Shown here: piece by piece, positions 1 through 11,284 of the stretch
Layout: every line of letters starts with the position of its first letter
How positions within the stretch are numbered: position 1 is the first letter of the stretch
DNA from: Tubulanus polymorphus
Taxonomy: Eukaryota; Animalia; Nemertea
Reading direction: 5' to 3'
Length of the DNA stretch: 64,000 nt
NCBI RefSeq assembly: GCF_964204645.1
Contig: NC_134036.1
Span: forward strand, 2,046,001-2,110,000
Made by a program: the position numbers and the translations under genes
Notes under the pieces: model-generated
What the model was told of the DNA's origin: nothing
Seen by the model: the letters and a program-made list of their open reading frames with translations, nothing else
Databases searched by the model: none

Positions 1-185
1 TATTGAGGTCTATGGCCCACACATAACATCATAAATTGGTCAGGAAATAAAGTGTTTTGTGGTATAGATGACACGTTTGTACGATTTTACACTGTAAATT
101 TATCATTTTTCAGGACTTTCAGGACCTAAAATCGGCAATATTTTTGATACAAACTGAGAAAGTATCAAAACATTTGAGAACGCGT

Positions 186-496
186 TCAATGTGGAAGATT
201 CCGGACTAACATTTGATCCACTTGCGGGGTCCCCGTGTATAATCAATGATAAACATGTATTACTATCGGTAAACTCTGGGACTGGTAACAAAGGAGCCGT
301 GATTAGTATGAGATATAATGATGAGGGGTTTATAGATCACCCGCGTATAGTATTGAACTCTACTGACAGTGTGACAGGTGAGATACACAAAATATGTGAC
401 AGTAACACTGTAGTTATCCGTCACTTGGATAACAGTAATAAACCGGACTCACTGCGAGTTTATAATATAAACACTGTACTCACTCGTACAAAATAG
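186..496 (+). pseudogene. 5'-truncated copy of the tandem propeller gene (last ~100 codons)
   Basis: Matches 4785-5095 from TCAATGTGGAAGAT onward. Upstream 1-185 is unrelated and has an in-frame TGA at 155-157. Confidence 0.8.
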
Positions 497-736
497 AAAT
501 TCGGTTTTAATCAAACATGATATAACACGTTTCATCAAGGATTAAATCCATAGATAGTCAAAATATGTGGATTTTTTAAAAGTTAAAGAATGTATCTTTT
601 TAGGACCTGTTTATGGAATGAGACTCTCATTCATTCTATTACGTAATATATCATAACAGAAAAAAAAAAACTTAAGAAGAAAGAATTTGACGAAAGAAGT
701 CATTACTATTAGAATTATTGTGAGAATGTAATCAAT

Positions 737-937
737 GCCGTGATTAGTATGAGATATAATGATGAGGGGTTTATAGATCATCCGCGTATAGTATTGAACT
801 CTGCAGACAATGCGACATTAGAGATACACAAAGTGTGTGACAGTAACACTGTAGTTATCCATCACCGGGATATCAGTAGTAAACAGGACTCACTGCGAGC
901 TTATAATATAAACACTGTACTCACTCGTACACAATAA
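737..937 (+). pseudogene. Duplicated 3'-end cassette (last ~65 codons of the propeller gene), frame still open
   Basis: AVISMRYNDEGFIDHPRIVLNS...YNINTVLTRTQ* repeats the gene end ~440 bp downstream. No pyrimidine-rich acceptor precedes it. Confidence 0.8.
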
Positions 938-1360
938 AAACCCTAAACGCTCTGTAAGTTGGACATTAGACATATATGAAGTGTGTAACAGTTTGAGTTA
1001 TCCGTCACTAGGATAAAAGTAATAAACCGAATAATGTAAACACTTCATAAAATAGAAACCAGTTTTAACCTGATTTTATATCAAGTATGAGACTAACGGT
1101 TACGATAACGTCTAGTGATTTAGCGTTTGACGACACGAATGTCTGTGTAATTAAATCGCTAATAAAGTCGTACATTTAACGGGGATTTCAAAAAGCCGTT
1201 TTGAGGTTTAACTAATTTATCAAAGAATGAATTATTTTAAGTAGTTAAGAAAAGTTAACTTGAAATCTATTTCAAAGCACATTCATAATTTTGGTGAAAG
1301 TGGGGCGCAAGTTCTTAATGGTAAATACGTAATCCACGCTTAAAATTAAGTTCCTAGTAG

Positions 1361-1467
1361 CGGTTTTATAGACTGGTATTAACTTTGGTCTGGGGGTTAA
1401 CTTTATTCATTTTCAATTGTGTTAACCCCCGGGTTGAAGTTGACACCAGTCTATAAAATAAGCCCCT
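1361..1467. mobile_element. Short palindromic MITE-like element (family also at 5964-6070 and 31224-31332)
   Basis: GGTTTTATAGACTGGT...ACCAGTCTATAAAA inverted ends with internal GGGGGTTAAC/GTTAACCCCC arms. A similar dispersed copy lies in a cyclase intron. Confidence 0.65.
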
Positions 1468-2394
1468 TTAGTTTTATTCCCACGAAATTTTCTGAGCATG
1501 TTCACTCAACAAAACAGGAAAATGATCTGAAATTCTTTTTTGAGATTTGACGTTATTATGGGCTGTTTCTTGTGAAGCAAAATCAAATCACTGAGTTGAG
1601 GAGTTCTACCCTAATCTGTTAGTAATAATTGGAACTTATGGGATTTTCCGACTCACTAAGTTTTCGACTTTGACATGTTAAACTAATTATGATATAACAC
1701 GTTTCATTCGGGATTCAATCCATATATAGTCAAAATGTGGATTTTTTAAAAGTGAAAGAATTTAAGGTTTTTTGAAACCTGTTTGCGGAATGTGACTTTT
1801 CAGTCATACTATTACGTAAGATAATATAAAAGAAAAGAGACTAAAAGTTGAGAAGAGAAAATTTTTATGAAAAAAGTAATTATCATTAGAATTATTGTAA
1901 GAATGTAATCAATCATGATTGTATTGTTAAAAAACTAATATATTGACGAAATGATAATTATTAGAATTATAATAATAATGTGATTAACTATAATTGTATC
2001 GTCAAAAAAGAAAATATAACAAAAATAATTATTATGATCATCAACCAGTTGTAATTTCCGCTTTATTATTTTTTCTCTCTGGTCTTCTGTATAACATCAG
2101 GTCACTGGATCATCCTGAGGTCAGATGCACAGTCATTGCTTAGAAGACCATTTTAATTATGTTGCCAATCTAACGAATTTCCCTGCAATGCGTGCAGTGC
2201 AAGAAACGGACAAGACCGTCCAATGAATAGCACCATTGAGGCTTGTTAAAGGGCCAATGATGAGTTTTGTAAAATTACCACAAATAAGCGTTTTTGATAA
2301 AAATGATATAAATTTTCGATGACAAAAATTTGTCGAAAAATCAATAAAATTATTATTGGAGAGGATTTTTAAATAAGTAATTTCGACCTCGGTG

Positions 2395-3050
2395 AACCCG
2401 GAAGTATGACTGACGTCACTTACAGAACAGCAACATCAACAAACATTGAAAAAACAGGGCGGGTAATTCAGAAGGGTTGTCGCATTTTTATGGACGAATT
2501 GCAACAATTCTCGCTCAAATAGTTTTGAAGATTAGTTTTCTTTTCTTGAATTTCGAATTGAAAACGAATGCGATTCGTCTTTGAAAACAAATTCAATAAG
2601 ACCCTGGACATATCACGTGACTGTTCTTATAAAAGACCCGAGTTGATTACTGACGTCATTATATAGTTCATAGAGAAACCGTTTTATCTGTATCTATAAG
2701 ATTTATCTGCGTCACTAGATCTGATAATCGGGTCTGTATTTCAAATTAGCGGTATGGTTTATTTAGATTATTATGACGTCATAACATTCGCGCACCTAGA
2801 TAGTTCACGTGTTTGGCGTAAAGGTCGCTGAAGGTTGCGACTCTGTACCTTCGTGGGGGGTTCAAAATACCGATCAGTCACGTGGTTAGAATCAAACACT
2901 GTGAATGATATCAATTCACTTTTCTTGTGTTGGTAGCAACAACAGTTAAAAACGACTTCAATTGTTAATTTCGTTTTAAGTTACGTGTTTGTATTATGTC
3001 TGTATCTATTGACGACGACCTATTTATCAAACGGTAAAATGGCGGCAGAA
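2395..3050 (+). promoter_or_regulatory. Putative promoter of copy A (duplicated at ~7000-7650)
   Basis: ETS CCGGAAGT 2398; CRE TGACGTCA 2411, 2651, 2774; E-box TCACGTGA 2613; TATAAAAG 2628; YY1-like AAAATGGCGG at 3036. Confidence 0.5.
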
Positions 3051-3188
3051 CTGGTTCTTGCCGCGCCCGTCTTTTGTACAGTTACTATTTAGAGAAGGCA
3101 AACCATAACCCTGGGACTAATATCACCTGACTGTTCTACGCCCAAACCGCATTCAGTTCATTTGTGGTGTTAATTACTGACGGTCAAC

Positions 3189-5095
3189 ATGGCTACAAGT
3201 AATCCGGATCGTTTCGAGATTTCCGTACCTTTCAAAGGACGTCGCGTTACCGTTTGGTCCGATCAGGATAATGAGTACAGAACGATACAAAATTACTTTT
3301 ATCAGCCATTGTTTAATTTGGAATCTGATCGAATAACTGCGGATGGAAATATATTACAACTTGATATAACTCTGTGGTGTGAAGAATTAGAGGCTGCTAT
3401 TGAACAAAAACTAAAAACCATCTATACAAGTCACGTAATAGCGGTGCAGATGATGCCGTTTGATGAGGTAAGAATCTGTAATTCTCATCTTCAGTTTCAT
3501 CATCACCCGCGTGTGATACTAGACGGGTGACCACTGCGAGGTGAGAGTCAAATAGAAAAAATCTTTTTATATTTCAGGTGAAATTAGAATGGGGAGATGC
3601 GCCCTCTGGTGTGGAGATACCGAATCATCCGATCCCGTTCAATCATCAACCTCAGAATCACGTGTTTATCGTTAAATGTGAAAATGAAGAAATGTGTGAA
3701 ATCTACAAATCGCGACTTCAACAATCTCCGCAATCAATAGGTTCGGGTCTTGTGATCGGTGCTAGTCGTCACGGGAACGAATACGTGTTTAGAGTGAACA
3801 CTGTACCGATCAGTGAAGCGCGAACAGTTCAACCAGACATTGATCAACGTCATAATTCCCAAATCGACAATGTGAAACTGTTTCAAGATAATTTAGAAAA
3901 TCAATTCTCTCAATTAAAACGCACAGTTGAAGAGAGACTGAACCGGTGCTGTACTGAACAACAACTTGAAGAAAGGCTGAACCGGTTCTGTACTGAACAA
4001 CAACTTGAAGAGAGGCTGAACCGGTTCTGTACTGAACAACAACTTGAAGAGAGGCTGAACCGGTGCTGTACTGAACAACAACTTGAAGAGAGGCTGAACC
4101 GGTGCTGTACTGAACAACAACTTGAAGCATTAGAAGTTAAACTGAACAACGCTATCGATGACGTCACAGGGAGAGTGGATGAAGTGGAGAGTTCTATTGG
4201 TGTCGTCATTGATTCATTAACGATCAGTAAACAGGTTCAGACAGATTTCTCACCTGACCTAGCGAACTCATTACCTGGTGAGCAGACGGGTAAACAGTCA
4301 CGTATAATATGTGCGGACATCTGGGGGCCCAATGATATATATTACATGGATGATAATGATGTAATGAAGAGATATATAGAGTGTGATGGTGATGATTGTT
4401 TACTAGGACTCGATACAGATAGTAACGGTCACCTGTTTGTAGTCGTGGAGAAAAACGAGAAACTCTTCCTGAGAAAATATAAAGATCAGGACAAAGTGTT
4501 AGAGGAAGATGTCACTGATATTGTGTCTGAATGTGGAACACTAGTCATTCGTGGTAACAATATTTACATCAAGTCAGGAAGAGACGTTCATGTTTTACGT
4601 TTACTAGAAAACCCTGTAAATAGTTTGATTGATAGAAACCGTGTGAAAAAATATCAGCTCCCGGATGGAGAGTACGAATATATCAAATGTTTAGATGTCG
4701 ACACGCGGGGACGCATGTTTGTATACTGTAATAGATCGGGAAGATTACTCTATCTAACAGCTGATGCGGAATTGATCAGTTTTATCAATGTGGAAGATTC
4801 CGGACTAACATTTGATCCACTTGCGGGGTCCCCGTGTATAATCAATGATAAACATGTATTATTATCGGTAAACTGTGAGACTGGTAACAAAGGAGCCGTG
4901 ATTAGTATGAGATATAATGATGAGGGGTTCATAGATCACCCGCGTATAGTATTGAACTCTACTGACAGTGTGACAAATGAGATACACAAAATATGTGACA
5001 GTAACACTGTAGTTATCCGTCACTGGGATAACAGTAATAAACCGCACTCGCTGCGAGTTTATAATATAAACACTGTACTCACTCGTACACAATAA
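3189..5095 (+). CDS. Uncharacterised 598-aa protein, copy A: join(3189..3467,3578..5095); unnamed N-terminal domain + 13-aa-repeat coiled coil + NHL-like beta-propeller
   Basis: Phase-0 intron GAG|GTAAGA (3468) ... TTTCAG|GTG (3577) joins the 113-aa and 505-aa ORFs in frame. Start context CAACATGG. Blade-like motifs GLDTDSNGHLFVV and LDVDTRGRMFVYC. No signal peptide. Confidence 0.85.
3929..4123 (+). repeat. Coding 39-bp tandem repeat x5 (EERLNR[C/F]CTEQQL)
   Basis: GAAGAGAGGCTGAACCGGT[G/T]CTGTACTGAACAACAACTT units, read directly. Confidence 0.97.
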
Positions 5096-5340
5096 ACACC
5101 CGGTTTTAATCAAACATTATATAACACGTATCATTCGAGATTAAATCCATAGATAGTCGAAATATGTGAATTTTTTAAAAGTTAAAGAATGTATCTTTTT
5201 AGGACCTGTTTATGGAATGAGACTCTCATTCATTCTATTACGTTATATATCATAACAGAAAAAAAAGACTAAAAGTTAAGAAGAAAGAATTTGACGAAAA
5301 AAGTCATTACTATTAGAATTATTGTGAGAATGTAATGAAT

Positions 5341-5541
5341 GCCGTGATTGGTATGAGATATAACGATGAGGGGTTCATAGATCACCCGCGTATAGTATTG
5401 AACTCTGCAGACACTGCGACATTAGAGATACACAAAATATGTGACAGTAACGCTGTAGTTATCCGTCACTGGGATAACAGTAGTAAACAGGACTCACTGC
5501 GAGCTTATAATATAAACACTGTACTCACTCGTACACAATAA
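5341..5541 (+). pseudogene. Second duplicated 3'-end cassette, frame open
   Basis: AVIGMRYNDEGF...YNINTVLTRTQ*; homologous to 737-937 and to 4895-5095. Confidence 0.8.
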
Positions 5542-7790
5542 AAACCCTAAAAGCTCTGTAAGTTGGACATTAGACATATATGAAGTGTGTAACAGTTTGA
5601 GTTATCCGTCACTAGGATAAAAGTAATAAACCGAATAATGTAAACACTTCATAAAATAGAAACCAGTTTTAACCTGATTTTATATCAAGTATGAGACTAA
5701 CGGTTACGATAACGTTTAGTGATTTAGCGTTTGACGTCACGAATGTCTGTGTAATTAAATCGCTAATAAAGTCGTACATTTAACGGGGATTTCAAAAAGC
5801 CGTTTTGAGGTTTAACTAATTTATCAAAGAATGAATTATTTTAAGTAGTTAAGAAACGTTAACTTGAAATCTATTTCAAAGCACATTCATAATTTTGGTG
5901 AAAGTGGGGCATAAGTTCTTAATGGTAAATACGTAATCCACGCTTAAAATTAATTTCCTACTAGCGGTTTTATAGACTGGTATTAACTTTAGTCTGGGGG
6001 TTAACTATATTCATTTTTAATTTTGTTAACCCCCGGGTTGAAGTTGACACCAGTCTATAAAATAAGCCCCTTCAATTTTATTCCCACGAAATTTTCTGAG
6101 CATGTTCACTCAACAAAACAGGAAAATGATCTGAAATTCTTTTTTGAGATTTGACGTTATTTTGGGCTGTTTCTTGTGAAGCAAAATCAAATCACTGAGT
6201 TGAGGAGTTCTACCCTAATCTGTTAGTAATAATTGGAACTTATGGGATTTTCCGACTCACTAAGTTTTCGAGTTTAACATATTAAACTAATTATGATATA
6301 ACACGTTTCATTCGGGATTCAATGCATATATAATCAAAATGTGGATTTTTTAAAAGTGAAAGAATTTAAGGTTTTTTGAAACCTGTTTGCGGAATGTGAC
6401 TTTTCAGTCATACCATTACGTAATATAATATAAAAGAAAAGAGACTAAAAGTTGAGAAGAGAAAATTTTTATGAAAAAAGTAATTATCATTAGAATTATT
6501 GTAAGAATGTAATTAATCATGATTGTATTGTAAAAAGCTAATATATTGACGAAATGATAATTATTAGAATTATAATAATAATGTGATTAACTATAATTGT
6601 ATCGTCAAAAAAGAAAATATAACAAAAATAATTATTATGATCATCAACCAGTTGTAATTTCCGCTTTATTCTTTTTTCTCTCTGGTCTTCTGTATAACAT
6701 CAGGTCACTGGATCATCCTGAGGTCAGATGCACAGTCATTGCTTAGAAGACCATTTTAATTATGTTGCCAATCTAACGAATTGCCCTGCAATGCGTGCAG
6801 TGCAGGAAACGGACAAGGCCGTCCAATAAATAGCACCATTGAGGCTTGTTAAAGGGCCAATGATGAGTTTTGTAAAATAACCACAAATAAGTGTTTTTGA
6901 TAAAAATGATATAAATTTTCGATGACAAAAATTTGTCGAAAAATCAATAAAATTATTATTGGAGAGGATTTTTAAATAAGTAATTTCGACCTCGGTGAAT
7001 CCGGAAGTATGACTGACGTCACCTACAGAACAGCAACATCAACAAACATTGAAAAAACAGGGCGGGTAATTCAGAAGGGTTGTCGCATTTTTATGGACGA
7101 ATTGCAACAATTCTCGCTCAAATAGTTTTGAAGATTAGTTTTCTTTTCTTGAATTTTGAATTGAAAACGAATGCGATTCGTCTTTGAAAACAAATTCAAT
7201 AAGACCCTGGACATATCACGTGACTGTTCTTATAAAAGACCCGAGTTGATTACTGACGTCATTATCTAGTTCATAGAAAAACCGTTTTATCTGTATCTAT
7301 AAGATTTATCTGCGTCACTAGATCTGATAATCGGGTCTGTATTTCAAATTAGCGGTATTGTTTATTTAGATTATTATGACGTCATAACATTCGCGCACCT
7401 AGATAGTTCACGTGTTTGGCGTAAAGGTCGCTGAAGGTTGCGACTCTGTACCTTCGTGGGGGGTTCAAAATACCGATCAGTCACGTGGTTAGAATCAGAC
7501 ACTGTGAATGATATCAATTCACTTTTTTGTGTTGGTAGCAACAACAGTTAAAAACGACTTCAATTGTTAATTTTGTTTTAAGTTACGTGTTTGTATTATG
7601 TCTGTATCTATTGACGACGACCTATTTATCAAACGGTAAAATGGCGGCAGAACAGGTTCTGGCCGCGCCCGTCTTTTGTACAGTTACTATTTAGAGAAGG
7701 CAAACCAGAACCCTGGGACTAATATCACCTGACTGTTCTACGCCCAAACCGCATTCAGTTCATTTGTGGTGTTAATTACTGACGGTCAAC

Positions 7791-9682
7791 ATGGCTACAA
7801 GTAATCCGGATCGTTTCGAGATTTCCGTACCTTTCAAAGGACGTCGCGTTACCGTTTGGTCCGATCAGGATAATGAGTACAGAACGATACAAAATTACTT
7901 TTATCAGCCGTTGTTTAATTTGGAATCTGATCGAATAACTGCGGATGGAAATATATTACAACTTGATATAACTCTGTGGTGTGAAGAATTAGAGGCTGCT
8001 ATTAAACACGAACTAAAAACCATCTATACAGGTCACGTAATAGCGGTGCAGATGATGCCGATTGATGAGGTAAGAATCTGTAATTCTCATCTTCAGTTTC
8101 ATCATCACCCGCGTGTGATACTAGACGGGTGACCACTGCGAGGTGAGAGTCAAATAGAAAAAATCTTTTTATATTTCAGGTGAAATTAGAATGGAGAGAT
8201 GCGCCCTCTGGTGTGGAGATACCGAATCATCCGATCCCGTTCAATCATCAACCTCAGAATCACGTGTTTATCGTTAAATGTGAAAATGAAGAAATGTGTG
8301 AAATCTACAAATCGCGACTTCAACAATCTCCGCAATCAATAGGTTCGGGTCTTGTGATCGGTGCTAGTCGTCACGGGAACGAATACGTGTTTAGAGTGAA
8401 CACTGTACCGATCAGTGAAGCGCGAACAGTTCAACCAGACATTGATCAACGTCATCATTCCCTAATTGACAATGTCAAACTGTTTCATGATAATTTAGAA
8501 AATCAATTCTCTCAATTGAAGCACACAGTTGAAGAGAGACTGAACCGGTTCTGTACTGAACAACAACTTGAAGAGAGACTGAACCGGTTCTGTACTGGAC
8601 AACAACTTGAAGAGAGGCTGAACCGGTGCTGTACTGAACAACAACTTGAAGAGAGGCTGAACCGGTTCTGTACTGAACAACAACTTGCAGCATTGGAAGT
8701 AAAACTGAATAAGACTATCGATGACGTCACAGGAAGAACAATCAATGATGTCATAGGGAGAATAGATAAATTGGAGATATCTATTGGTGACGTCATTGAT
8801 TCATTAACGATCAGTAAACAGGTTGAGACAGACTTCAGATCTGAGCTAGTGACGTCATTACCTGGTGAGCAGACGGGTAAACAGTCACGTATAATATGTG
8901 CGGCCTACTGGGGGTCCAGTAATATATATTACATGGATGATAATGATGTAATGAAGAGATATATAGAGTGTGTTGGTGGTGATTGTTTACTAGGACTCGA
9001 TACAGATAGTAACGGTCACCTGTTTGTAGTCGTGAAGAAAAACAAGAAACTCTGCCTGAGAAAATATAAAGATCAGGACAAAGTGTTAGAGGAAGATGTC
9101 ACTGATATTGTGTCTAGATGTGGAACACTAGTTATTCGCGGTAACAATATTTACATCCAGTCAAGTAGAGACGTTCGTGTTTTACGTCTATTAGAAAACC
9201 CTGTAAACAGTTTAATTGATAGAAACCGTGTGAAAAAATATCAGCTCCCGGATGGAGAGTACGAATATATCAACAGTTTAGATGTCGACACGCGGGGACG
9301 CATGTTTGTATACTGTAATAGATCGGGAAGATTACTCTATCTAACAGCTGATGCGGAATTGATCAGTTTTATCAATGTGGAAGATTCCGGACTAACATTT
9401 GATCCACTTGAGGGGTCCCCGTGTATAATCAATGATAAACATGTATTATTATCGGTAAACTCTAGGACTGGTAACAAAGGAGCCGTGATTAGTATGAGAT
9501 ATAATGATGAGGGGTTTATAGATCACCCGCGTATAGTATTGAACTCTACTGACAGTGTGACATATGAGATACACAAAATATGTGACAGTAACACTGTAGT
9601 TATCCGTCACTGGGTTATCAATAATAAAACGGAGTCACTGCGAGTTTATAATATAAACACTGTACCCACTCGTACAAAATAA
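7791..9682 (+). CDS. Uncharacterised 593-aa protein, copy B: join(7791..8069,8180..9682)
   Basis: Same GT-AG phase-0 intron (8070-8179). Paralog of 3189-5095 with 4 repeats and an 8-aa duplication (TINDVIGR). Confidence 0.85.
8531..8686 (+). repeat. Coding 39-bp tandem repeat x4
   Basis: Same unit as 3929-4123. Confidence 0.97.
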
Positions 9683-9951
9683 ACACCCGGTTTTAATCAA
9701 ACATGATATAACACGTTTCATCAAGGATTAAATCCATAGATAGTTGAAATATGTGAATTTCTTAAAAGTGAAAGAATGTATCTTTTTAGGACCTGTTTAT
9801 GGAATGAGACTCTCATTCATTCTATTACGTTATATATCATAACAGAAAAAAAAGACTAAAAGTTAAGAAGAAAGAATTTGACGAAAAAAGTAATTTCTAT
9901 TGGAATTATTGTGAGAATGTAATCAATTATGATTGTATCGCAAAAGAAAAC

Positions 9952-11284
9952 AATAGCGAAGTTTCCAGTTACCAGTGGCCATTTTGAGGCGGTCCCGCGG
10001 GTCCCGCATCGTTGGAAAGATTTAAACATTTTTTAAACTAAAACTTCTAGCGCGATTCATTGTAGTCCATTCGTCTTTTGGCACAAAAATTAAAGTCATG
10101 AATCGTTAAAAAGGTGACCATTTCTATTTTCTGATGGTGTTTATTATATTTTTCTCGACTGCAACAATCGAACACAGTTACAGTTTAAAAAAGATACGTC
10201 ACTTTAAGGAAGGCGTACTTCTAAAAAAATTGGTAATTTTGTGTTATTGACTGTCACTTTTCCATGTTAAGATCTAGAATTTTTCATTGAAGATAGAGTT
10301 TTATCTGAGGATTTTGTTGATACTACATTCGTAAAAATATCTTCATAGAAACGCGCGTGGCCATCGGTTGAGTCAAGAGCAAAGCGCGCACGAGTGGTTG
10401 ACCGTCGATTTTCTGCATACCCGTTCTAAGCCAATTTCATGGAAATTTTAAAGTTTTTTTTAATTTAAATCATCGTTCGATTGTTTCCATGTTGAATTGA
10501 GGGTATTTGGTGTCTCCCCAGCATAATTAGATTTGAAACGATGCTTGATGTTAACAACGACCGCTTGTTTTTATTGAAAGACTGCATCTTTGTGTCGTGT
10601 CACCTAGAAGCCGTTATCCTCTATTCTCTGATCGACACTGCGCTCGGTCCCATGTTTAACATTCGACGATTGAACATTCTAGGTCAGATAAGAAAAGTTT
10701 CTTGACATTTCTTTCTGGACTAGGTCCAATCCTAATGCATAGTATCTGATTTTAATCTATAAAAATATTTAGTATCTAGAAAATTGCCATAAAAATAGCG
10801 CAATACGCGCATGCAGAAAATCGACGGTCATCAACTCGTGCGCGATTTGCGCTTGACTCAACCGGTGGCCACGCGCGTTTCTATGAACATATTTTTACGA
10901 ATGTAGTATCAACAAAATCCTCAGATAAAACTCTATCTTCAATAAAAAATTCTACATTGTATCTCTTAACATGAAAAAGTTACAGTCAATAACACAAAAT
11001 TACCAATTTTTTTAGAAGTACGCCTTCCTTAAAGTGACGTATCTTTTTTAAACTGTAACTGTGTTCGATTGTTGCAGTCGAGAAAAATGAATTAAACACC
11101 ATCAGAAAATAGAAATTGTCACCTTTCTAACGATTCATGACTTTAATTTTTGTGCTAAAAGAGTGGTGGACTACAATGAATCGCGCTTAAAGTTTTAGTT
11201 GAAAAAATGTTAAAATCTGTCCAATCATGCGGGACCCGCGGGACCGCCTCAAAATGGCACCTGGTCACTGGAAACTTCGCTATT
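9952..11284. mobile_element. Non-autonomous DNA transposon / foldback element with ~470-bp TIRs
   Basis: 9952-10418 is the reverse complement of 10811-11284 (AATAGCGAAGTTTCCAGT...ACTGGAAACTTCGCTATT). No ORF. It interrupts sequence homologous to the array's 3' flank. Possible AT target duplication. Confidence 0.9.

Noticed and set aside
3468-3530. Separate 113-aa protein (also 7791-8132)
   Set aside because: The ORF tail is intron readthrough past a consensus GTAAGA donor that splices in frame to the next ORF.
3810-4209. Antisense ORFs over the coiled-coil repeat (also 8475-8796)
   Set aside because: A by-product of the stop-free 39-bp coding repeat.
4895-5541. Diversity-generating retroelement (VR/TR pair) suggested by the gene 3' end plus downstream near-copy
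   Set aside because: Mismatches are not confined to adenines of the putative template (G, C and T positions differ), and no reverse transcriptase is present in the window.
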